64,000 nt of DNA from Minisyncoccota bacterium (GTDB lineage Bacteria; Patescibacteriota; Minisyncoccia; Moranbacterales; UBA2206): positions 74,034-138,033 of the forward strand of contig JARLIA010000005.1 in the NCBI GenBank assembly GCA_031291955.1, read 5' to 3'. The position numbers and the translations under genes are program-made. The notes beneath the pieces were generated by a model. That model was not told the origin of the DNA. It did no database searches and saw only the letters and a program-made list of their open reading frames with translations. Positions 10,851-17,845 of the stretch are shown one piece after another; the first letter of the stretch is position 1, and the number at the start of each line of letters is the position of its first letter.

Positions 10851-12665
10851 ATGTCGCCAAAACATATCGCCATTTTGGATTTCGGTTCGCAATATACCCA
10901 TCTTGTCGCCAGAAACATTCGCGAGTTTGGCGTTTTAGCCAAAATTTATCCGACCGACGTGCCGGTTGAAGACTTGAAAGACGCCGAGGGAGTGATTCTT
11001 TCCGGCGGTCCGCAGGCAGTGTATGTCGAAAATTCACTTACTATTGATCCGGATATTTTGAACTTAGGCGTGCCGGTCCTGGGGCTTTGTTACGGACATC
11101 AGTTGTTGGCGCATATCCTGGGCGGGGAAGTGTCGTTGGGAAAAGTAAAAGAGTTTGGTAAGGCAAAATTGACCATCTTAAAGGACAGCCTCATTTTCAG
11201 AGACATCGTCCAAGAGTCGCAGGTCTGGATGAGTCACGGTGACGCAGTCGTCAAAGTGCCGGCTGGATTTGAAATCATCGGAACGACCGTCGATTGTCCG
11301 GTGACGGCTATGGTCGATCCGGCGCGGAAATTTTACGGATTTCAATTTCATCCGGAAGTGGCGCATACGCAAGAAGGCAAAGTCATGTTGTCTAATTTTG
11401 TCCTGGATATTTGCCAAGCGGAAAAAAACTGGCGCGTTGAGAATCTGGTTGACGATCTTTTGGAGAGAATAAAAAAGCAAGTGGGTGAAAAAAAAGTTTT
11501 CATTCTTATGAGCGGCGGCGTCGATTCCAATGTGGCTTTTGCTCTCCTCACTCGGGCGCTCGGTGCTGAGCGGGTGTTGGGACTCTACATCGACACTGGT
11601 TTTATGCGGCAAGACGAGTCGGCGGAAATAAAGCGAGGGTTTGCGCTGGCCGGATTTGAAAACATTCGGACGGTGGACGCCAGCGCCGATTTTTATGCCA
11701 AATTGGAAAATATTTATGAACCGGAGAAGAAAAGAAAAATTATCGGACAAGCCTTTTTGGAAGTTAAGGATAAAATTTCTCAGAACTTAGGACTTAATCC
11801 GGACGAGTGGCTGTTGGGCCAGGGGACGATTTATCCTGACACCATCGAATCGGGCGGCACCCGAAACGCTGACAAGATCAAGACCCACCACAATCGGGTG
11901 GACGCCATTGCCGAAATGATCGAAAAAAGCTTGGTGGTGGAACCCTTGGTGGATTTCTATAAAGATGAAGTGCGGCGCTTGGGGAAATTGCTGGGTCTTC
12001 CGGCGGACCTGATCAACCGCCATCCTTTTCCCGGACCAGGATTGGCCATTCGGACGCTTTGCCGTTCATTGGACCAGGAAGAAAATCTGGTTTTAGTCGA
12101 GCGGAAAGCGGAAGAATTTATTCACAAGAATTTCAAAAATATTTTCAACCGCGTTCTGCCGGTCCGCTCAGTCGGTGTCCAGGGAGACAATCGCACTTAT
12201 TCCCATCCCGTGGCGATCTGGGGCGAGTGCGACTGGCAAAAACTCGGAGAAATTTCCGCGGCGATCACCAATAGCACTCCGGAGATAAATCGGGTGCTCT
12301 TGCTTTTGAACCCGGGAGAAAAAAACGAACTCTTGTCGTCCGGAGAAAATTCATATCTTACTCGGGAAAGAGTGGAAAAATTGCGCCGCATCGATGAAAT
12401 AGTCAATCGGAGCATTAGAGAAGTGGGAATTTACGATTCCATCTGGCAGTTTCCGGTTGTCCTAATCCCAGTCACGGACGAAAGAAAAAAAGAATCAATC
12501 GTGCTTCGGCCGATCAATTCCCGGGATGCCATGACCTTGGATTTTTTTCAAATGGATAAAAAATTGCTGGAAAAAATTACCCAAGATATCTTAGCCACCG
12601 GAGAGATTGGCTATGTCTTTTATGATCTTACTAATAAGCCGCCAGGTACGGTGGAATGGGAATAA
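10851..12665 (+). CDS. guaA: GMP synthase (glutamine-hydrolysing), long form (604 aa)
   Basis: GATase catalytic GLCYGHQL and PP-loop SGGVDS. The extended C-terminal dimerisation region ends in GTVEWE. Confidence 0.92.
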   Translation: MSPKHIAILDFGSQYTHLVARNIREFGVLAKIYPTDVPVEDLKDAEGVILSGGPQAVYVENSLTIDPDILNLGVPVLGLCYGHQLLAHILGGEVSLGKVKEFGKAKLTILKDSLIFRDIVQESQVWMSHGDAVVKVPAGFEIIGTTVDCPVTAMVDPARKFYGFQFHPEVAHTQEGKVMLSNFVLDICQAEKNWRVENLVDDLLERIKKQVGEKKVFILMSGGVDSNVAFALLTRALGAERVLGLYIDTGFMRQDESAEIKRGFALAGFENIRTVDASADFYAKLENIYEPEKKRKIIGQAFLEVKDKISQNLGLNPDEWLLGQGTIYPDTIESGGTRNADKIKTHHNRVDAIAEMIEKSLVVEPLVDFYKDEVRRLGKLLGLPADLINRHPFPGPGLAIRTLCRSLDQEENLVLVERKAEEFIHKNFKNIFNRVLPVRSVGVQGDNRTYSHPVAIWGECDWQKLGEISAAITNSTPEINRVLLLLNPGEKNELLSSGENSYLTRERVEKLRRIDEIVNRSIREVGIYDSIWQFPVVLIPVTDERKKESIVLRPINSRDAMTLDFFQMDKKLLEKITQDILATGEIGYVFYDLTNKPPGTVEWE

Positions 12666-12668
12666 ACA

Positions 12669-12740
12669 AGTTGAAAGTTAAAAAGTAAAAGGTAAAAGTT
12701 CTATTGCCTTTATTTTTAACTTTTATCTTTTATCTTTTAA
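12669..12740. repeat. word-stutter imperfect palindrome (GTAAAAG words / CTTTTAT words)
   Basis: Left arm GTTAAAAAGTAAAAGGTAAAAGTT. Right arm AACTTTTATCTTTTATCTTTTAAC. Sits between guaA and the amidohydrolase gene. Confidence 0.7.
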
Positions 12741-12748
12741 CTAACCTT

Positions 12749-14182
12749 ATGCCATATAAAAAACTTCACGCCAAAATAAAAAAGTCTGTTCGGGCGACTA
12801 ATCTTTTGGAAGACGACGAGCATAGCCGGTTTCGGGTGAATAATCCGCGCTATCGAACCGTGCTCATTGAGAATATTCCATTCATTTTTACCTGCGATGA
12901 GAAGAATAAATTGGTCTGCCGCAAAAACTATTCCCTCATTATCAAAGGTGACACTATCGCCGAAGTTTTGCCGTCACAAAAAGTGACCGGCCGCAATTTT
13001 GACTTGATTTATGACGCCGGCCGGCGGGGCGGCATCGTGGTGACGCCGGGCCTCATCAACGCTCACGCCCATCCGCCGATGTATCTTCTGCGGAGCGCCA
13101 TGATGCTGGACGAAGGGGAAAGCGTGGACGAGACGATCGCAGCCATGCCTCTCTGGGAGCGGGCCATGACCGAGGAAGACTACGCTTTGGCGGCTGTTGG
13201 CGATCTCACTGAAGAACAAAAAAGCGGCATCACTACTACTTTGAGTCACTTCGCCGCTTTTGCTCCGATCGAAGCGGCTGCTCGGGCGACTAAACAAAAC
13301 ACCATTAACGCCGTCAGCGTTGCTTCCAACACCCATCCGCAAAATTCGCCCCGCCTCATCCGGGAAATTCTTGAGAAACACGGAGATGATTTGGAGGCGC
13401 GGCTGGCCATGGCCATCCACTATGTCTATCGGGCCGACGACAAAATATTGGAAGAAGTGAAAGCGCTTTCTGAAGAATATAACCTCCTTCTGACTTGCCA
13501 CATGGCCGAAAGCGAAGGCGTAGCCAGAAAGTGCGTCGAGCGGCACGGCTCGCGGGAAGTGGCGACTTTAGAGCGTAGCGGCCTTTTGAATTCCCGGACA
13601 ATTGTCTCTCATGCTGTCCACATCAACGAACGGGAAATCGAAAAACTGATTGAAAACAAAGTCGGGATCGTCCATCTGCCCACCTCCAACGTCATCCATA
13701 AATCCGGTACCTTCCCGCTCTGGAAATTTTTCGATCTGGAAAAACTCTCGTCGGTAGCGCTTGGGACCGACAGTGTGGTCAGCAAAAGCCGCCTGGATCT
13801 TTTGACGGAAGCCTACCAAGCCCGCCTCACCCATATCTATTCCCGGACGGTAAAATTCGGCACCCTTTTCAAAATGATGACGGTTAATGGCGCCCGTGTG
13901 TTGAATATGCCTGACCGCGGCAAGGTTTTGCCCGGCCTGAAAGCCGACCTGGCTTTTTGGAAGCTGAAAGACCGCGGTTTCATTCCGTTTGACGAGAAAA
14001 ATCCCATGAGCCTTCTCGGGAATCTCATTACCCACGGCGGCCGGACAGTGAGAGACTTGATGATAAATGGCCGTTTTGTCATCAAGGGCCGGCGCCATCA
14101 GCTCATCGACGAATCGAAACTCTTGGAGACGCTCCAGGAAAAACATATGCAAATGCGCCGAAGAGTAAAAAAAGAAAAATAA
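12749..14182 (+). CDS. amidohydrolase-superfamily deaminase (MtaD / guanine deaminase / chlorohydrolase-like)
   Basis: GLINAHAHPPMYLLRS metal-binding HxH motif, with internal H and D ligands typical of the ATZ/TRZ group. ATG at 12749 preferred over the TTG at 12704. Confidence 0.75.
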   Translation: MPYKKLHAKIKKSVRATNLLEDDEHSRFRVNNPRYRTVLIENIPFIFTCDEKNKLVCRKNYSLIIKGDTIAEVLPSQKVTGRNFDLIYDAGRRGGIVVTPGLINAHAHPPMYLLRSAMMLDEGESVDETIAAMPLWERAMTEEDYALAAVGDLTEEQKSGITTTLSHFAAFAPIEAAARATKQNTINAVSVASNTHPQNSPRLIREILEKHGDDLEARLAMAIHYVYRADDKILEEVKALSEEYNLLLTCHMAESEGVARKCVERHGSREVATLERSGLLNSRTIVSHAVHINEREIEKLIENKVGIVHLPTSNVIHKSGTFPLWKFFDLEKLSSVALGTDSVVSKSRLDLLTEAYQARLTHIYSRTVKFGTLFKMMTVNGARVLNMPDRGKVLPGLKADLAFWKLKDRGFIPFDEKNPMSLLGNLITHGGRTVRDLMINGRFVIKGRRHQLIDESKLLETLQEKHMQMRRRVKKEK

Positions 14183-14190
14183 AAAATGAT

Positions 14191-14799
14191 TTAACCAACC
14201 ACCGGCAGTCCGTCTAAGTCTTCTTTGGCGATCGATTTGTAGAGCGGATTTTTCTTGAGAGCCGGCTGGCCGTCGTGCTCGACGACGTAATAGGCAAATC
14301 CCCGCATCTTTTTCACCAAAGTGTAATCGGCGTGACCGGGAAAACTGGTCGGATCGCGTTCTTCAAAATCGACCGGACTGTCGTCGGCCGTGACAAAATA
14401 AGTTTCACCGGTGTTAACCAGGAGATGGCCATATCCTGGCGCCATGTAGATCCGGTTGCCGGGTTTTGTGACAATCGCTTTAAATTCTTCGACCTTGTCG
14501 GCGATCATTTCGCCATTTTCATCCATAGCCAGTTTTTGCACGAGGGCGATGCCTTGGCCGAATAAAATATCATAGTTCTCGTCCAATTGTCCGACGTGAT
14601 AGTGGCCATAGGTTTTGATGTATTCGCCCGAAACGGTGCCTGGCTCCCAGACGGTGATGTTTTTCTGGTTCTTACCGCCGCGGATCATATAGTAGTGGAT
14701 GGAGGGACCGACGCCATTGGGATCCATCAAAACGTCTTCCATCTTTTCGTGCGTTCGGGCTGCGTAGTGCTTAGGGACATTTTTAAAATCGATGTCCAT
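14191..14799 (-). CDS. cupin-type glucose-6-phosphate isomerase (archaeal cPGI family)
   Basis: PGTVSGEYIKTYGHYHVGQLDENYDILFGQGIALVQK and KPGNRIYMAPGYGHLLVNTG align by eye to Pyrococcus cPGI (PGKVGKEFFFTKGHFHAK..AEVY.., EPGTVVYVPPYWAHRTVNIG). Confidence 0.7.
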   Translation of the reverse strand: MDIDFKNVPKHYAARTHEKMEDVLMDPNGVGPSIHYYMIRGGKNQKNITVWEPGTVSGEYIKTYGHYHVGQLDENYDILFGQGIALVQKLAMDENGEMIADKVEEFKAIVTKPGNRIYMAPGYGHLLVNTGETYFVTADDSPVDFEERDPTSFPGHADYTLVKKMRGFAYYVVEHDGQPALKKNPLYKSIAKEDLDGLPVVG

Positions 14800-14835
14800 G
14801 GGTTTTTGTTTTAATAATTATTTTGTAAAACAAGA

Positions 14836-16479
14836 CTATTTCCATATTCTCTTTGTCGCGATGTACCATTGATCTACGTTCCAGAAGCGGTCTTCCGGAG
14901 AAATGAGGGTTTGAGCATCAAGGCCATGGAGATTTGTGCTGGTTGGATAGACGTATTCGGGACTATAAAGGAAGACGGCCGGAACCTCTTTTTCCAGAGC
15001 TTGTTGGAATTGGATATAATCCTCCGCACGCTTTTTTTGATCTACTTCTGTCCGGCCATTTTCAATCAGGGTGTCACTGGTGGAGTCGCCATAAAGGGAC
15101 AAGTTTAGTCCGGGATCTTTTTTGTTGTCGGAATGCCAGAAAGAATAGGGGTCAGGATCAGCGCCGACCACTTGGCCGAAAAGGAGGGCATCGTATTCCC
15201 GCGGCCGGATATAATTCTGTTGGATGTCGGAAATAGTATAGGTGCTGACGTTTACCTTGGCTCCGACTTTCTCCCATTGATTTTTCAGGATATCGGCTGT
15301 CTGCGACAACTGGTCCCAGTCGGTTGTAACCAGATTTATAACGAGAGCCGTTCCGTTCTTGGCTCGGAAGCCGTCTTTCCCGCGAGCCCAGCCGGAAGAA
15401 TCGAGAATCTGATTGGCTTTTTCTAAATTAAACGTGCGCGCGCCAATGTCGGTCGAGTAACCAAGCATGCCGGGCAGAAACGGCGAATAAGCCGGCTGAC
15501 CGTCGCCGTTCAGAACTTGGTTGACGATGCCTTGCCGGTCAGTGGCATAATCCAGCGCCAATCTGACGTTGTCGTCGGCCAGCGGCAGGCTTTTGGTCTG
15601 ATTGAAAAAGACGGCATAATAGCGCGGGATGTTATATTTATAGACCGTTACACTTTTTTGGTTTTTGATATTGGCGACATTTTGTGAAGACAAGACACTG
15701 ATGCCCATGATCTTTTTGCTGTTGAGATCAGTTAGGGCCGAATTTTCGTCAGTATAGAAATTGAAAGTGATTTTAGCGATATTGGGCCGGCCACCGAAGT
15801 AGGCCGGATTGGCGTCTAGCGTATAGGCAAGGATATTCCCGCTGTTATCTTTTTGGAGTGAGTCGAATTTGTAGGGACCTGATCCAATCGGCTCCAGATT
15901 GAGTGGGTTAAGGCTGAAACTGTCGGAGGTAACCGAATCCCAGAGATGTTTTGGCAGGATGCTAAAAGTCAGATTATTGAGGAAAGCGGCGTAAGGCGTC
16001 GTAATCTTAAATTGCAACGTGTGATCGTCCACCTTGGTAGTGGTAATGCCTTGCCAATTTGAGCGAAGGGGAGATTTATAGGCCGGATCAGAAAGCAGGT
16101 TGATGGTGAAGACAACATCATTAGCGGTTACCGGCTGGTTGTCTTGCCAAGCGGCATTCTTTTGAAGGCGGACTGTATAAGTGGTGTGGTCGGAAGACAG
16201 GTCATAGCCCTCAGCCAGATCGGGCACAAGCTTTCCTTGCCCGTCATACTTAAAAAGACTGGAGTAAACCAGGCCGGAGATATCGGCGTCTGTCTGATTG
16301 GTTTCGGCCAAAAGCGGATTGATGTTTCGCGGTTGGCCGACGATGCCTTCGATATATTGCCCGCCGTAAGCGGCTACCGGCTTTGTTTTTGAATAATAAT
16401 AAAAAAGGCCCCAGCTGACGACCGAGCCGAGGAACACTAAAACAAGAAAATAAAAAAGCAATTTTTCCTTAAAACTCAT
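14836..16479 (-). CDS. ABC transporter substrate-binding protein, family 5 (peptide/nickel type), membrane-anchored
   Basis: N-terminal TM anchor. SBP_bac_5-like body (GPYKFDS, NPAYFGG, VNLVTTD). No permease or ATPase genes adjacent. Confidence 0.8.
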   Translation of the reverse strand: MSFKEKLLFYFLVLVFLGSVVSWGLFYYYSKTKPVAAYGGQYIEGIVGQPRNINPLLAETNQTDADISGLVYSSLFKYDGQGKLVPDLAEGYDLSSDHTTYTVRLQKNAAWQDNQPVTANDVVFTINLLSDPAYKSPLRSNWQGITTTKVDDHTLQFKITTPYAAFLNNLTFSILPKHLWDSVTSDSFSLNPLNLEPIGSGPYKFDSLQKDNSGNILAYTLDANPAYFGGRPNIAKITFNFYTDENSALTDLNSKKIMGISVLSSQNVANIKNQKSVTVYKYNIPRYYAVFFNQTKSLPLADDNVRLALDYATDRQGIVNQVLNGDGQPAYSPFLPGMLGYSTDIGARTFNLEKANQILDSSGWARGKDGFRAKNGTALVINLVTTDWDQLSQTADILKNQWEKVGAKVNVSTYTISDIQQNYIRPREYDALLFGQVVGADPDPYSFWHSDNKKDPGLNLSLYGDSTSDTLIENGRTEVDQKKRAEDYIQFQQALEKEVPAVFLYSPEYVYPTSTNLHGLDAQTLISPEDRFWNVDQWYIATKRIWK

Positions 16480-16587
16480 TACCCGAACTATTCTCGGCCA
16501 TTGGCTGATCTTGAAATGGGACTGGTTTTGGGAAATGGGGTTACGAATATTTTTTGGAATTAATGATAAAACGCGCGAATAAGTTTA

Positions 16588-16809
16588 TTATTTGGCTAGG
16601 AACAGGCTGGCGATGGCCAACAGGATGAAAATGACCGAGAGAACAACGGAGAAAGTGGTCAAGAATTTCTCAAATCCGCGTCGGGTATAATAGCCGCCAA
16701 AACTGCCGCCGAAAGTGCCAGAAAGCCCAGCCCCGCGGTTTTGCAAGAGTATTGAAATGATAAGGAGGGCGGCAATGATGATTTCGGCAAGGTTGATTAT
16801 TTTAGCCAT
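16588..16809 (-). CDS. secG: preprotein translocase subunit SecG
   Basis: 73 aa with two TM helices and the LLQNRGAGLSGTFGG signature. Confidence 0.85.
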   Translation of the reverse strand: MAKIINLAEIIIAALLIISILLQNRGAGLSGTFGGSFGGYYTRRGFEKFLTTFSVVLSVIFILLAIASLFLAK

Positions 16810-16826
16810 TTTTTTATTCTTATTTC

Positions 16827-17180
16827 TTATTCTTTAATAACAGACAATATGACGTAATTTACTAATCCAATGACAACCGTTCCCCACAGCGCCGCCCAGA
16901 AGCCGGCAATGGATAGGGTTGGGAGGAGCCAGGCCACAAAAAGGAGACATGCAATGTTGACGATAACTGTGAATAAGCCGAGCGTCAGAAGTATTACCGG
17001 CAGAGTCACTAATTTTAAAATCGGTCGGACGAACGAGTTGACAATGCCCAGTACCAAGCCGGCCGCGAGCAGATCCCACATGCCGCCGTGAAAATTAAAG
17101 CCGGGGACGAGCCGCCCGGCCGCCCAGATGGCAGCCGCGTTGGCCAAAATCATGACAATGAGCTTTCCAATCAACTTCAT
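16827..17180 (-). CDS. phage-holin-4_2 / YvlD (DUF360)-family membrane protein
   Basis: 117 aa with four TM helices. The GIVNSFVRPILKLVTLPVILLTLGLF pattern is typical of the family. Confidence 0.7.
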   Translation of the reverse strand: MKLIGKLIVMILANAAAIWAAGRLVPGFNFHGGMWDLLAAGLVLGIVNSFVRPILKLVTLPVILLTLGLFTVIVNIACLLFVAWLLPTLSIAGFWAALWGTVVIGLVNYVILSVIKE

Positions 17181-17208
17181 AGAATGGTAGCAAAGCCAAA
17201 GATAAAAG

Positions 17209-17457
17209 TCAACGGCTTTTATCGCTGGCCCTTGGTTTTGTTTTCTTAATGATTATTTCTCTAATTTTCAGGACGCTTTTGCCCGAGACTGGCATTTTCG
17301 GTTTCTTCTTGTTTTCTCGCTTCTCAGCCCCGCCTGCCGCGCTATGCCGCCAATAATCATTTTCATATTGACTGGCAAAGTTTTTGTCTAGCATTAACCC
17401 TTTGAAGTTATCCCCAGACGCGGCATTGCGGGCAGGTTTTGTTTTTTTGGCAGACAT
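17209..17457 (-). CDS. doubtful ORF (82 aa, highly basic) that spans a GC-rich bracket hairpin
   Basis: ATG ORF of low complexity. Contains the 17333..17436 hairpin and a 12-mer motif, so it may be non-coding. Confidence 0.25.
   Translation of the reverse strand: MSAKKTKPARNAASGDNFKGLMLDKNFASQYENDYWRHSAAGGAEKRENKKKPKMPVSGKSVLKIREIIIKKTKPRASDKSR
17333..17436. repeat. long imperfect hairpin with GC-rich bracket (CCTGCC..ATGCCGC / GCGGCAT..GGCAGG)
   Basis: 17333-17350 pairs with 17420-17436 (about 16 bp). On the minus strand the bracket reads CCTGCCCGC...GGCAGGCGGGG, the same cores as the linkers of the nested tRNA locus. Confidence 0.7.
17406..17417 (+). promoter_or_regulatory. variant of the DnaA-box-like 12-mer (AGTTATCCCCAG)
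   Basis: One mismatch to AGTTATCCACAG. Followed by ACGCGGCATTGCGGG, compared with GCGCTTGC at the other copies. Confidence 0.4.
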
Positions 17458-17506
17458 GATTTAATTATAGCACAAGTCGTGGAACGCAAAACACGAAAGC
17501 GAAAAC

Positions 17507-17534
17507 TTGACGAGGATGGCGGTAGTGTTATAAT
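17507..17534 (+). promoter_or_regulatory. sigma-70-type promoter (TTGACG, 16-nt spacer, TGT-TATAAT extended -10)
   Basis: Direct reading. Positioned to drive the 17554 ORF and uvrB. Confidence 0.65.
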
Positions 17535-17553
17535 AACATGCGATTTTAATCTT

Positions 17554-17838
17554 ATGGAATTCCATAACATTAAAAACGAAGCCGGTTCTAATGGTTTTAT
17601 TCTCTCATCTTCGCGCTGGATAAAAAAGAATCCGAAACTGGCCGGGAATGTTCGCGACTGCGCGGATGTGACGCAATTGGTGTGCTTAGCTAATCTTGAA
17701 AATCTTAACGCCGAATATATCCGCGCCGGATTGCCGCAAAAAGAGCGATTGCTAAACCTGAACCAAAGCGCCATTTCCCAAATGAAATCGTTGGCGGACA
17801 GTCCGGGAATCAGGAAGTTGGAAAACAAAAAATTTTGA
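17554..17838 (+). CDS. hypothetical protein (94 aa), possible HTH near the C-terminus
   Basis: First good ATG after the predicted promoter. The LNLNQSAISQMK segment resembles an XRE-type recognition helix. The track version starts at a GTG inside a repeat (17479). Confidence 0.4.
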   Translation: MEFHNIKNEAGSNGFILSSSRWIKKNPKLAGNVRDCADVTQLVCLANLENLNAEYIRAGLPQKERLLNLNQSAISQMKSLADSPGIRKLENKKF

Positions 17839-17845
17839 CAAGTTT

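Noticed and set aside
16827-17180. Holin-family annotation considered as a hint of a prophage.
   Set aside because: The DUF360/YvlD-type holin-like family is a common chromosomal membrane protein. No capsid, terminase, integrase or lysin genes are nearby.
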